A stretch of 64,000 nucleotides of DNA. Origin: a virus (Duplodnaviria > Caudoviricetes). The notes under the pieces were generated by a model, which had not been told where the DNA came from, searched no databases, and saw nothing but the letters and a program-made list of their open reading frames with translations. Position 1 is the stretch's first letter; every line of letters starts with the position of its first letter. The position numbers and the translations under genes were made by a program. The stretch is from positions 64,001 to 128,000 of IMG/VR virus record IMGVR_UViG_2926558313_000004; one strand, written 5' to 3'. This document shows positions 8,757-19,580 of this stretch, one piece after another.

Positions 8757-9565
8757 GTCGAAGGAAAGGTAAGTGTGTATATCGTATATATACAATATGA
8801 ACACTTAAAGAATTGCCGCCCTGTTATTCTGTTCGATATTATAAAACAATTGTTTCAGCGGTGGTCTATGTGGTATTGGCTGGCACGGTTTCATATTGGA
8901 TATAAGTGGAATACTAGACTAGGATATAATTGGAAATACAATAGATTAAAACTGAATATAATAATTGAATGCTTCAAAGTGGGATATAACACATATTATA
9001 TCCTTATTTTACGCTGTTTTTTGGCTATATTTTAACAAAGGAGGGGGCTAATAAACATCCAAAAAACTACCATAATTTCCATATTTTGCTAGAACACATC
9101 CACTCCTCCACTCACTCAATTTTTAAACTCGACTCCCCTCACACTCCCTACCTCACAATTTCACCTGAATCTACACTCGAACTCACATCGAAATTTCCCC
9201 TTCATCTCGCCATTTTTACTCACTCAATTTTCCTCATTTTCACTCAATTTTGTCTCTAATCACCCTACAACCCCTACTACATCAACTCTTTTCGATATTC
9301 TCACCTGTCTAATCACCTTATAACCCTTATCCCATCTATGTTTTCACCCCTTAATCCCCACTTTTTCGATCACACTTTTCTGCTCTCCCAATTATTCATT
9401 AAATTATATGTATCACCTTCAATTTATTCCTTCATAATCACTTAATTCACCACTTCCACTAAAATACTCTGACACTTTTCGATACAGCGAAAGGACATTG
9501 ATGTAATATTCTAAAAGTGTTAGCTAATCCTTTCGCTAATTTTTTAAATATGGTACTATAAATCT

Positions 9566-9716
9566 AGTTACAAAATGTAACATTCGGTTACTTTAGTTTA
9601 CTTACGCTTTCTAGCGTTCAGAAACACCTTCAGTTTTGATCGCATGTGCCACCATAACATCAAAACTGACCCGTAGCTTATTAGTTTAGTTAAAAACTGG
9701 TAAGCTACTTTTTTGT
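9566..9716 (+). ncRNA. Putative type I antitoxin sRNA; ends approximate
   Basis: TG-n-TACTAT extended -10 near 9551-9559, hairpin CAGTTTTGAT/ATCAAAACTG, terminator GTAGCTTA...TAAGCTAC-T7 overlapping the toxin stop codon. Confidence 0.55.
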
Positions 9717-9800
9717 CATTTTCAAAACAAGATTCAAGAGTCCAATCATAAACAAGCCTCCTGTAAACAATAATGTAAGCAATGACATTGTATCTCCCAT
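9705..9800 (-). CDS. Putative type I holin-like toxin peptide (31 aa, MGDTMSLLTLLFTGGLFMIGLLNLVLKMTKK), not in ORF track
   Basis: Single hydrophobic helix ending in KK; strong RBS AAAGGGGTGAGG; convergent sRNA. Confidence 0.7.
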   Translation of the reverse strand: MGDTMSLLTLLFTGGLFMIGLLNLVLKMTKK

Positions 9801-10332
9801 AGCCTCACCCCTTTCTCTTATTTTCATGGGTAAGCTTACCACATAATTCTACCCTTATTCAATATTTTGTACTCCCTTTTTTTTGAATCACACTATATAT
9901 AGTAATCTTTTTGATTCAGGCGTAAAAAGTCAACTATGAAAAGATGTAAAAAATGAAGTATTAACGAGTTTCCCATAGAATTTCATCTATTTACCCACTT
10001 ATTTGAATCGTTCTCTAATTTGTTAAATTAATCAGTACACTTCACACCTTACCATATAAAGGATTCACATATCTCTTAAAATCCTTGACTATATTTTTTC
10101 TTGGTGTATATTATTCTGTTTCTCTTTCACAATCAATTCTACCCAGAATTATATGTCTCAACTCCTTTATAATTTTACTCAAGACTCCTTCCGAATAGTT
10201 TTACCCTCACCACTCTTTAAATTTCTAAATCATGTTAATTTAACATAATCTACAGAAAGAGGGGGGTTATTTTACACCAAAATAAAAATGGATAGTATAA
10301 TCACTACCCATTCCATAAATTATTCTCTACAT

Positions 10333-12105
10333 TTACCTACTATACTCCATAATAAAGCGATTATTTTCACCAATCTGACTTAGATATAAGCAATCCTTAG
10401 CTCTTGTTACTGCCACATAAAATAATCTCGCCTCTTCGACTAAATCACTTTTGCTATGTGGAAACTTGCTATCCTCTACTCCAATAACAAATGTATGTTT
10501 GAATTCCAATCCCTTGCTGCTATGTACTGACATCATTTTCACACATTTTTCTTTTACCTTTTTCTTCTCTTCGCTCATATATACATAATCAATGAACGAC
10601 TCAAGAGTGTTGCTCTTAATAAACGATTTCAAGGTATTCAATGAATCAATTCTCTCCTTGACTTCCTCTTCACTTGGATACTTATCTTGAATAAAGGCAA
10701 TAAATTGAAATGACTTAATAATATTATCAATTAATTTTTCCAATGGAACATTCTTTGATTTTTGCAAGATTAGCTTATTCATGATTTCACCAAACTCTCT
10801 TGCGCTTCTATTTTGGAAGTCTTTTGGAAAACGGAAATTAATAAATGACTCATATAAAGATTGATTATTTGCTCCGGCATTTACTTTAATGCTATTGAGT
10901 AATTGATTACTCATGTATTTTAATGGCTTAGTCTTAATCTTATAAATTGTCTCAAAAGCATTATCATCATGTGGATCTTGAATTAATCTAAGATATGACA
11001 TAATCCCAACGATCTCTTTACGTTTAAAGAAGCTGCTCTTATTTGAGATATCATAAGGAATATCCCTTCTTTTTAACTCTCCTTCTACATATCCAGAATG
11101 AGAATTTACTCTATACAAGATTCCAATCTCTTGAGGCTCCACACCATCTCTTAATAATTGTTCTACTTTATCACAAACATCAAAGGCTTCTTCTTCTCTG
11201 CTCCCATAAGTCAAAATGGAAATTTGTCCTTCATCACTTCTAAATGCCTCTGCATCTTTATAGTGTTTATAATCCTTACAATACTCTCGGATAAACTGAT
11301 TCGCTCTTTCAACAATTGCTTGAGAGGATCGATAATTTGTGAACAAGTTTATTGTCTTAGCATTTTGCCAATCTTTCTCAAAATTCATGCAGTATTCGGG
11401 GTTTCCCCCACGAAATTTATAGATCGCTTGATTTGGATCAAATACACAATAAATGTTGCCTGACTTACATAATTCCTTCAAGAGAAGGTTTTGTACTAAA
11501 TTAGAGTCCTGATGTTCATCGACTAATACAAAGTCATATGTATATTTACCACTTAATTTTTTGAGTAAGTCATAGCACATAATTAAGTAATCATCGAAAT
11601 CATATTTATTGTGCTTCTTTTTGTATTCCTCATAATTTTTATAGAAAGACCGTAATTTATCTTCTGGGTAATCACTCTCCTTAAATACAAATTCATCTTT
11701 CTCACTTCTCATGTAGCATTTTTGATAAGAAATGTAGCTTGCAATATCTTCATAGTTACATTCAGAATCAATAGCTCTATGACAATTCTCAATTTCATAT
11801 GGCTTAATTAGGTTGGAGCTTAGATTATATCCTTCATTAGAAAGAATCTTCCCACAAATGGAATGGAATGTACCAACATTAACGTCTCTAAACCCCATTT
11901 TATTTAATTTTGCTTTTAATTCATCTGCAGTATTACGTGTAAAGCTAATTGATAAGATTTCTTTCTGATCAACCTTATGATTATCAATCAGATTTTTAAT
12001 CCTATTTATCAATACTGTAGTTTTCCCTGATCCTGCCCCAGCTACAATTCCATATGCGCCTTCGTAAACATTGATTGCTTCAATTTGCTGTTCATTAAAA
12101 TTCAA
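10333..12105 (-). CDS. UvrD/PcrA-family SF1A helicase
   Basis: AGAGSGKT (I), SFTRNTA (Ia), VDEHQD (II), NYRS (IV), HSSKGLEF (V), YVAVTRAK (VI). Confidence 0.95.
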   Translation of the reverse strand: MNFNEQQIEAINVYEGAYGIVAGAGSGKTTVLINRIKNLIDNHKVDQKEILSISFTRNTADELKAKLNKMGFRDVNVGTFHSICGKILSNEGYNLSSNLIKPYEIENCHRAIDSECNYEDIASYISYQKCYMRSEKDEFVFKESDYPEDKLRSFYKNYEEYKKKHNKYDFDDYLIMCYDLLKKLSGKYTYDFVLVDEHQDSNLVQNLLLKELCKSGNIYCVFDPNQAIYKFRGGNPEYCMNFEKDWQNAKTINLFTNYRSSQAIVERANQFIREYCKDYKHYKDAEAFRSDEGQISILTYGSREEEAFDVCDKVEQLLRDGVEPQEIGILYRVNSHSGYVEGELKRRDIPYDISNKSSFFKRKEIVGIMSYLRLIQDPHDDNAFETIYKIKTKPLKYMSNQLLNSIKVNAGANNQSLYESFINFRFPKDFQNRSAREFGEIMNKLILQKSKNVPLEKLIDNIIKSFQFIAFIQDKYPSEEEVKERIDSLNTLKSFIKSNTLESFIDYVYMSEEKKKVKEKCVKMMSVHSSKGLEFKHTFVIGVEDSKFPHSKSDLVEEARLFYVAVTRAKDCLYLSQIGENNRFIMEYSR

Positions 12106-12154
12106 ATTATTATCTCCTTTATTTAATTTAATTTATTTTTAAGCTGTTGTTTTT

Positions 12155-12376
12155 TGAAATTGGTCAAGCGTTAGCGCGACCAATTTAGAATGTATATATC
12201 TCTTGTATCTATTACTTGTATATATTATCTGTATCTATATATATTAAAACCTCTTTTTAGATCGCAATTTATACCGTATTAATTGATACGCAACCTAGTA
12301 ACTTTTGATTTTCATCTGGTACTATTTGATTCGTATCTGGTACTTTTTGAACACTATCTGGTATAAATTGCGATAC
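12155..12376. repeat. Iteron-like array and inverted repeats; candidate replication origin
   Basis: ATCTGGTA at 12314, 12335, 12356 (21-bp period, degenerate copy 12293); 15-bp IR 12261-12275/12360-12374; TA-rich tract 12190-12245; hairpin AAATTGGTC/GACCAATTT. Confidence 0.7.
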
Positions 12377-12406
12377 GCTGATTTATAAGGCTTCTTGAGC
12401 CATATT

Positions 12407-13075
12407 TTATGTGTCTGAATCCCCTATTAATTTGGTTATATTCTCCAACTTAACATAAGTATGATTTGCATACTGAACATAATCAATCATGTTTCCATCT
12501 TTCTCCCATCCCGCATGTTCCAACTTATGTTTTTTTATTCTAATCAACTTATTCTTTTTAAGTATTTCGTTGTATTTCATGATTGTATTTTTAGAAATCC
12601 CAGTTTCTTGTGAAATAGTTGATATGGAAGCATAGCAGCGATCTTTATATAATTCTAATCGGTTTATTCTTGATTCATAATAATAAATCAACCTAACTCC
12701 TACACTTCCAATTTGATCGACTATTCTTTTGTCTAAAAGTCTTATATCAACTTGGGTAAAATAATTCTTACTATGTAGAGTTGTCATTTCTTTATTGATA
12801 TGAACTTGCAAAGCCTTTTTCTTTGGAAAAGACTTTATTTCATTTAGAATTAACTTATTTTCATACATATTATTGAAAATTAGTTTTAAACTGCGATTAT
12901 CTGAGACAGATAAATAGTTCTTTAAGGCGGTATGATTCACTTCTAACAATTCGGATTTACACCTTCCGTAAAGTTCACATAATTTAGCGAACAGCAGGAA
13001 GGCGCTAGATTTCAGAGCAGGATTCCTTACCACTTCTTCTGTAAGGAGCTGCAGTTTAAACACCTTATCTGACAC
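12407..13075 (-). CDS. Winged-HTH protein, putative replication initiator
   Basis: CYASISTISQETGISKNTIMKYNEILKKNKLI is typical of HTH_36-like phage initiators; between two helicases and next to iterons. Confidence 0.65.
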   Translation of the reverse strand: MSDKVFKLQLLTEEVVRNPALKSSAFLLFAKLCELYGRCKSELLEVNHTALKNYLSVSDNRSLKLIFNNMYENKLILNEIKSFPKKKALQVHINKEMTTLHSKNYFTQVDIRLLDKRIVDQIGSVGVRLIYYYESRINRLELYKDRCYASISTISQETGISKNTIMKYNEILKKNKLIRIKKHKLEHAGWEKDGNMIDYVQYANHTYVKLENITKLIGDSDT

Positions 13076-13117
13076 CAGCCCCCTCCTTTCTTTTTATTAA
13101 TTTTAATTTATTTTATT

Positions 13118-15316
13118 TTATTTATTTTGAAACATTTCACCTAAAAATGTCCTGCGCTCATGACTTACGTCAGTATTTATGGCATAGCGTAAAGCACTTA
13201 ATTCACAAATCATCATACACCATTTGCTTGCACGAGTAGGACCAGTATAAACAAATTGTCTACTTAGAAGTTTATACGAAGAATAATCAAATACAAATAG
13301 AACATTTTTTATAGTTGATCCTTGTGATCTATGTACGCTAATAGCATAAGCCAATTCAATTTGGTCTAGTTCCTCCTCAGTATACTTAATTACCCTATCA
13401 ATCCCTTCAAATTGAATGTATACTTCATGCTTTTTATTTCCTTTGATATATGTCTCTTGTATATCAATAATTTTACCAATTGTACCATTGAATACACTTA
13501 TCTCGCCATCTTCTCCAGCTTCGTAATTGTTTCCACATTGAATTATTTTATCATTAATATAATAAGTATACTCACCTTTCTTCACACCTTTTTGGCTAGT
13601 ATCGTTAAAGATTCCCTGTAATGTTTTATTTAATTGAGTGACTGAAATATCCCCACCTTTTTTTCTGCCGGTAATAACTTGAAAATCATCAATACTCTTC
13701 CCTTTTAGTTTTTTGGCAATATCAATAACAAGAGGAAGTATTCCTCCTTTATTTTTCAATCCATACACATAAAAGTCCTCTAATTCACCAAAAACATGCT
13801 TGCCAAATTCATCACTCTGGAGAATTTGATTGCCTTCTCGTATCTCATTTGCTTTTGATAGAATGCCAGATTTTTTGGCTTGCCTTTGAACTTGAGTTAA
13901 TTCTATACGAGGGATTTTACCACTATCTATTAGATCTCTAAATACTGCTCCAGCTCCAATGGAAGCAAGCTGCCCAATATCGCCTAAAATAAATAATTTA
14001 TAGCCTTCTTTAATTGCTTTAACTAGGCTATTAAAAAGATAAATATTTACCATTCCACTCTCATCTAAGGCGGTAATGTGGTATGGTAATTTATTCTCTT
14101 CATTGTATTTAAACTTAACTCCATCAGTTCCAAGCGTACGGTGTAGTGTCATTCCATTTAATCCGTTTTTCACCAAGATATTTGACGCTTTCCCGCTTAA
14201 TGCACATGCAACATGATTGTATTGATTATGAATTTTTATAATCCCTTTTAAAACGGTACTCTTTCCCGTTCCTGCTTTACCATCAATTATTAGCACATTG
14301 TATTTTAATGACAGTTTAATAGCTTCCATTTGCTCTTCAGAAAAAGAAAAACCTTGTTCGCTTTCTATTTCTTTAATTTTATTATTGATTTCTTCTATAT
14401 TTAGTTTGCTTTCAACTTTAAGAATTCTCTCTAATCTCAACTTAATTTCTTTTTCAGTATCAAATGTATATCTATTAGCTACCCTATTTTCATCTTGATA
14501 AAAATACCTCTTATCTAATGCTTGAATATGTACTTCTATAATAGAACGCTCAATCTCTAGCAATTCCTTCATCTTTTCAACTAGATCAAACTTTGTCATC
14601 CATGTATGACCTTCTTGCTCCTCACTCTTCAATATAAAGATGATGGCAGCTTGAATCCGATTGGGATTATCCTTAGCATCTCCTCTATTCATGGCATACC
14701 CATCTACTTTTTTAAAACCGAACATCTTAACTTCACACAAGGAATAAATATTATCTTTTACTTTTTGCACTACCAGCTCCGGACTGCCAAAATGATCCAC
14801 TAGCTTTTTCATTGCCTTAAAATTAATATTTAGGTCTTTTAGTTCCGTAATGGCATCTTGCATATCTAAATTTGCTAATAAATAACTCCTGATTTTTTTA
14901 TACCTTTTTTCACCAATGCCATGTATGTCTGTATAATCAAATGTATCCTCTTTCATCATGTCTAATATTTTTTCATTTGGGTATTTTTGGATAATCGCAT
15001 TAGCTTGAGATTCTGGCAATAAAGCTCTTATATATTCTTGCTGAGAACTTGCTGTCGTGGGTTTTTCCTGTTTTACAGAAACAAATCCATACCCTTTTCC
15101 GTATTTAGGATGAAATGTTGATTCAATCTCAAGATCGTACTCTTTACCTTCAATTAATTCAAAAGTATTCCCACTGACTACAAAAGTATTGAATTTATCA
15201 GTAATAATGTCATTTCTTTTCTCAATGGGTGTGAATCCATAAACACCCCATGAACTCTCTTCATTATAAAACCTTTTATGATCAACCACCGCTTTTATTT
15301 TGATCACTTCTTCCAA
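13118..15316 (-). CDS. RecD2-like SF1B helicase
   Basis: HhH motifs (IHGIGEK, MFGFKKVD), GKAGTGKS, LDESGM, GDIGQL, YAISVHRSQGS, YTGPTRA. Confidence 0.95.
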   Translation of the reverse strand: MEEVIKIKAVVDHKRFYNEESSWGVYGFTPIEKRNDIITDKFNTFVVSGNTFELIEGKEYDLEIESTFHPKYGKGYGFVSVKQEKPTTASSQQEYIRALLPESQANAIIQKYPNEKILDMMKEDTFDYTDIHGIGEKRYKKIRSYLLANLDMQDAITELKDLNINFKAMKKLVDHFGSPELVVQKVKDNIYSLCEVKMFGFKKVDGYAMNRGDAKDNPNRIQAAIIFILKSEEQEGHTWMTKFDLVEKMKELLEIERSIIEVHIQALDKRYFYQDENRVANRYTFDTEKEIKLRLERILKVESKLNIEEINNKIKEIESEQGFSFSEEQMEAIKLSLKYNVLIIDGKAGTGKSTVLKGIIKIHNQYNHVACALSGKASNILVKNGLNGMTLHRTLGTDGVKFKYNEENKLPYHITALDESGMVNIYLFNSLVKAIKEGYKLFILGDIGQLASIGAGAVFRDLIDSGKIPRIELTQVQRQAKKSGILSKANEIREGNQILQSDEFGKHVFGELEDFYVYGLKNKGGILPLVIDIAKKLKGKSIDDFQVITGRKKGGDISVTQLNKTLQGIFNDTSQKGVKKGEYTYYINDKIIQCGNNYEAGEDGEISVFNGTIGKIIDIQETYIKGNKKHEVYIQFEGIDRVIKYTEEELDQIELAYAISVHRSQGSTIKNVLFVFDYSSYKLLSRQFVYTGPTRASKWCMMICELSALRYAINTDVSHERRTFLGEMFQNK

Positions 15317-15455
15317 ACTATAATCAACTCCTTTATATATTTTAATTTATTTTATTTATCCTTATCACTATCCTCCTTTTACTTCGAATCATATCACTTA
15401 ATCTACCAATAGTCAATAAATTATAATTATTTTTTATTTGTATTGGAGGAGCAAA

Positions 15456-17669
15456 TTAACTCCTCCATTTGTTTAACTCTTCTTTGCTTGCTATTAATTC
15501 ATATCCCCTATTCCCTTCATGCTTTATCAGCCATCTATCTTCAATTAACTGATGCATTAATTCCTTTATTACTTCTGGTCTTGTTCTCATCTCTTCTCTT
15601 AATTTTCTCGCTCTTACTTCCCCTGTGCTAGCGATAATGCGTTTAATTTTATCCAATGGACTTTCTTCTACTACTTTCGGATTTAAATACCGATTCGATT
15701 TTACATATGAGATAATTTTTTTATATGTTTTTTCTTCCTCATTAGCATTTAAAGAAATTACCGCACTTTGAAATTGCTCAAATGGTTTGATTTGACCTTT
15801 TAACTTCATGACTCCATGCCCACTACCCAATAATTCAAATGGAACACCTGTTCCAAAAACTGTTCTGTATCCAGAAGAGGTTGATAATCTGAAACTAATC
15901 TTAGATGGAATATTGTCTTTAATTATGGTATCAACAATATTTTTATTTGGCTGCTGAGTAGCTATTATTAAATGGATTCCAGAAGCCCTTGCTTTTTGAC
16001 TTATTTTTTGAATACTGTCAACTATTTGGGGATTAGCCATCTTTAAATCTGCGAATTCATCAATTATGATTACGATATATGGAAGAGGATCATGGGGATT
16101 TTTTTGATTATAACTCTTGATGTCTTTAGCACCTCTCTTTTTAAATAATTCATATCTTTTTTCCATTTCTTGAATAACCTCATTCTCCATCTTTAACGAT
16201 GCCTCTTTTGGATCTGTAATTACTGAATTAACGTGAGGAAATTCTTTAAACTGTACTAGTTCTACTTGTTTTGGGTCAATAAGATAAAGATTAAGGCGAC
16301 TAGGTGGAACAAAAAGGAGCATTGTTAAAATAGCTTGATTTAAAAAATTGGATTTTCCTCCTCCTGTCTCACCAGCTATAAGAAGATGGGTTAAAGAAGT
16401 CAAACAACGAAATATCGGTTTACCAAATGAATCGAGTCCGACAAAGAAAGGAATTTCCAACTCTATGAGAGAATTTTGTGTCTTTTTATCAGATAATACT
16501 TCACTGAGATAAATCGCATTCTTGTTTTGTTTGGCAATTAAAAACCCAATGGTGTCAGGTTTATCACCTTGTTCAATTGACAGTGAAGATACTCCAAGTG
16601 ACACCTGAACATCTTCCTTTTTTGCAATAATTTTTGAATAAACTAAGTCTTTTGGTATGAAGTACTGACACCTAATAAAACTAAGACCATCCATTTCATG
16701 ATCTAATTTCATATCTTTTTCACTTTTAATTACACCTATTCTTTTTAATGTTTTTGGTATTTGTAGAGAAATATCTCTATATTCATTATTTATACTTTTA
16801 TTATTGTTCATTGGCAATAGATCAAATATATTGTTTGCGGCATTAACACCCTCCTTTTCTTTGTGCCTCCCTTCTTCAATTATATCTTTTGTGAGTTCTA
16901 TTGTATTGTCGTAAGCCAAGAACGAATTTATCTCATTTCTGCTCAAATATTGTTTTTCATAAAATATTGATGAACCACTTTTAATTTCTTCTATGAAAAA
17001 ACAGTTCATTCCTGACAGTTTTTTGCACGAATATTTTATTAAGTCTTTAATTAATTTTATTTGGCTATTGTTGTTGCTATCGATACCTATCATACATTCA
17101 AAACTATATTGATCATCAATTATTTTCTGCTCAATTTCTTTTATAGGACTTCTAATCTTAGATTTTGCTTTAAGGTTTAATATGTTCCAAATTGACCGAT
17201 AAAAACCACTTTCTATCGCCAACTCATTTCCGGTGATAAAGTGCTCATATTTTTCTATCTCAGTATCTCTCCATGCCCCACTCCTTTTTTTAATCATTAA
17301 TTTAATTATTATTTTATCATTGGGATCAAAAACATGGAGATTACTAAGCAAAGGAGAAATGAGTGAAAGACCATCTTCTACACCTATCGGAAAGAGCGAG
17401 TCTTCTTTCAATTTCAATCGAATCCAGTTGGCAGCATTAATATTAACTCCGTTTACAACTTCACTCAATCCTCTGTTTTTCCAGAAATAAGGAGCATGAA
17501 GGTAAGACTTGCTTTCGTGTTTATTAATTTCCCATATAACTGACACATGTGCCATTTCTAAGTAGTGATTATCAAATAGCTTTTCATGATCTTTAATCAT
17601 GAAATAACCATATGAATATTTTTCTTCGTCGTTCACATTTATAAAATTTGACAATATTTTATTTAGCAC
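15456..17669 (-). CDS. FtsK/SpoIIIE-family ATPase with long unrelated N-terminus
   Basis: HLLIAGETGGGKS, LIDPKQVEL, IIIDEFADL, QKARASGIHLIIATQQP; C-terminal wHTH-like tail. Confidence 0.93.
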   Translation of the reverse strand: MLNKILSNFINVNDEEKYSYGYFMIKDHEKLFDNHYLEMAHVSVIWEINKHESKSYLHAPYFWKNRGLSEVVNGVNINAANWIRLKLKEDSLFPIGVEDGLSLISPLLSNLHVFDPNDKIIIKLMIKKRSGAWRDTEIEKYEHFITGNELAIESGFYRSIWNILNLKAKSKIRSPIKEIEQKIIDDQYSFECMIGIDSNNNSQIKLIKDLIKYSCKKLSGMNCFFIEEIKSGSSIFYEKQYLSRNEINSFLAYDNTIELTKDIIEEGRHKEKEGVNAANNIFDLLPMNNNKSINNEYRDISLQIPKTLKRIGVIKSEKDMKLDHEMDGLSFIRCQYFIPKDLVYSKIIAKKEDVQVSLGVSSLSIEQGDKPDTIGFLIAKQNKNAIYLSEVLSDKKTQNSLIELEIPFFVGLDSFGKPIFRCLTSLTHLLIAGETGGGKSNFLNQAILTMLLFVPPSRLNLYLIDPKQVELVQFKEFPHVNSVITDPKEASLKMENEVIQEMEKRYELFKKRGAKDIKSYNQKNPHDPLPYIVIIIDEFADLKMANPQIVDSIQKISQKARASGIHLIIATQQPNKNIVDTIIKDNIPSKISFRLSTSSGYRTVFGTGVPFELLGSGHGVMKLKGQIKPFEQFQSAVISLNANEEEKTYKKIISYVKSNRYLNPKVVEESPLDKIKRIIASTGEVRARKLREEMRTRPEVIKELMHQLIEDRWLIKHEGNRGYELIASKEELNKWRS

Positions 17670-17682
17670 AATGTCCTCTCCT

Positions 17683-18765
17683 TTACCTAAGAAGTTTTTT
17701 ACCAGCTAGCTTTACCCAACCAGCGGGTGTAGATAAATTAAGAGACTTTAATGTAAACATAGCTCTATATCCTTTTAACATCTCATTTATCCCTTTTTCT
17801 GAAGTAGAAGCCAAGTTCTTGATGAATCTTGGAGGATGGCTCATACGCCAGAAACCACCTGCTACGATAATTATGCGAAAAATAGCTTCCCATCCACTGG
17901 AAGTCCCCCTAGTAAGAAAAATAAATAATCCTATAAAAGTTATAAATAGAGCATAAGTGAGTTGAACAATACAAATATCTTTAATGTTCTCATACCACAT
18001 AAAAAAGTATTTTTTTGTATCGGTAAATATCCAAGATGACAGTGCAAGAGGCGTAAGGGCGCTTAAAACAAACAAGTCAAAATATCTTCGACCGTTTTGT
18101 AAAGCAACAGGTATTAAAGTTCCAATCAATAAAACGTCAAAACCAATGAAAGCTAATGTATCTAGTCCTGACAGAGTTGAAGCTGGCAAATCAGAAGAAG
18201 TAGACATGCCACTATAACCTAATTTAGTGATTAACCTAGATAGTTGACTGACATAATAAAAGACTTTTTCAAGAATAAATGGAGAAAATCCCATTCCTAC
18301 GATTACAATCGCAAATCGTTTTACGATATCTGAAAAATTATCTGCTTTCTGCTGTCGATTAAACATAAGCTTTACCGAATTTAAGATAAATCCTATTGTC
18401 ACCAATCCTATTGATACTCCCGAAAAAATCATTATGTTTTCCCTAAAATAATCATTAGTAAAGATAAATGGAGGTATTTGTAGTACGATGCTTGAAATAG
18501 CTTCGTAACACCAGCCAAGCAAATCAATACTAGCTACAGCAATTTTTGAATTTAAATCAGCAATCCAATCAAAAAACTGATTCAATTTGCTTCCAATTTC
18601 ATCCCATAGATCTAATTGATCTTTTATACGCTCTCCGATCATTAGCCCCTTCTCTAATCCCTCATCATTTTTGCTCAAATCCCAAATTATTTGAGCTGGT
18701 GACTTGTATTTAGTGTGAGCAAAAGCTTTTTCACAATTAAGTAGTATAAATGACATGGAAAACAC
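17683..18765 (-). CDS. Polytopic membrane protein, TrbL/VirB6 (TcpH)-like
   Basis: Six or more hydrophobic segments; RRYFDLFVLSALTPLALSSWIF...FFMWY resembles the conserved VirB6/TrbL core. Confidence 0.6.
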   Translation of the reverse strand: MFSMSFILLNCEKAFAHTKYKSPAQIIWDLSKNDEGLEKGLMIGERIKDQLDLWDEIGSKLNQFFDWIADLNSKIAVASIDLLGWCYEAISSIVLQIPPFIFTNDYFRENIMIFSGVSIGLVTIGFILNSVKLMFNRQQKADNFSDIVKRFAIVIVGMGFSPFILEKVFYYVSQLSRLITKLGYSGMSTSSDLPASTLSGLDTLAFIGFDVLLIGTLIPVALQNGRRYFDLFVLSALTPLALSSWIFTDTKKYFFMWYENIKDICIVQLTYALFITFIGLFIFLTRGTSSGWEAIFRIIIVAGGFWRMSHPPRFIKNLASTSEKGINEMLKGYRAMFTLKSLNLSTPAGWVKLAGKKLLR

Positions 18766-18797
18766 AGAAACAGGGATGATTATTTTTTTATATTTAT

Positions 18798-19367
18798 TTA
18801 TAAGGGAAGTTGAAAGTTCGGCAATCCTCCCAACAATAATTTTGCCACAGTTAGTAAAATGATGATTACGGTGGGCGTTATTAGTATTTGTGTCATCCCT
18901 TTGATTGAATTTGATGCTGATTCCATTGCTTTTTTGTGATATTTCTCGTTTGGATGATAGTAATAAAGTCGAGTTATAAGAAGAACCAAAGCCCCGATCC
19001 CTATTCCAATTATTACTGAATAGTCTATTAGCATTTTGACTACTTCCATTAATTCTGTCGAGGTGGGTAGACCTGTTATTTCTGCCACTGATTTCTCTTC
19101 TGCACTGGCTTTGATTGGTTTTGTAATTGCTGTGGTTGATAGGAGCAGTGGAATGGTGTTTTCCAATATTTTTTGTTTGCTGTTTGGTAGCTTTTTCACC
19201 TCCTTTCTTAGTTGATCCACTAAAAAACTTAGTTGATTTGAGTTTCTGTCACTAATTGTTATAACCTTATTTGGCTTCTTGTACTTGACGTAGCTCTTCA
19301 AGGACTTCGCTTGCATGTTCACCTGTATAGACATTTCTCTTTCCTCCTCTACTTCTTTTAAAATCAA
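18798..19367 (-). CDS. Membrane protein with pilin-like (VirB2/TrbC-like) C-terminal hairpin
   Basis: AxA site (IKASA) followed by two hydrophobic helices separated by a basic loop; probable start MSIQV after GAGGAAAGAG. Confidence 0.5.
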   Translation of the reverse strand: MILKEVEEEREMSIQVNMQAKSLKSYVKYKKPNKVITISDRNSNQLSFLVDQLRKEVKKLPNSKQKILENTIPLLLSTTAITKPIKASAEEKSVAEITGLPTSTELMEVVKMLIDYSVIIGIGIGALVLLITRLYYYHPNEKYHKKAMESASNSIKGMTQILITPTVIIILLTVAKLLLGGLPNFQLPL

Positions 19368-19509
19368 GTGATTTACTTTCTTTCTTACTTAGTTTGAAAT
19401 CATGATGTTTTTGCAAGCCTGAAATCAAACCAATACTCGTGCTCACAACTAATCCTGCCTTAATTGCTAACCACCCGATACCTAATATTGTTGTAGTCAA
19501 TTTTTTCAC
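19267..19509 (-). CDS. Small protein with N-terminal hydrophobic helix (80 aa)
   Basis: MKKLTTTILGIGWLAIKAGLVV; overlaps next gene. Confidence 0.55.
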   Translation of the reverse strand: MKKLTTTILGIGWLAIKAGLVVSTSIGLISGLQKHHDFKLSKKESKSLDFKRSRGGKRNVYTGEHASEVLEELRQVQEAK

Positions 19510-19580
19510 CTCATTTTTGTTTGCTTACTAAAGTGTATTCATGAGAAAATTTGTACTATTACAAATTAAATCGAAAAAAT

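Noticed and set aside
8775-9035. Plus-strand 86-aa ORF in the skewed non-coding region
   Set aside because: Atypical W/Y-rich composition, against local gene direction; likely by-product of G skew
12293-12365. 21-bp periodic repeats as a possible CRISPR array
   Set aside because: Repeat units too short with no unique 30-nt spacers and no cas genes; fits iterons
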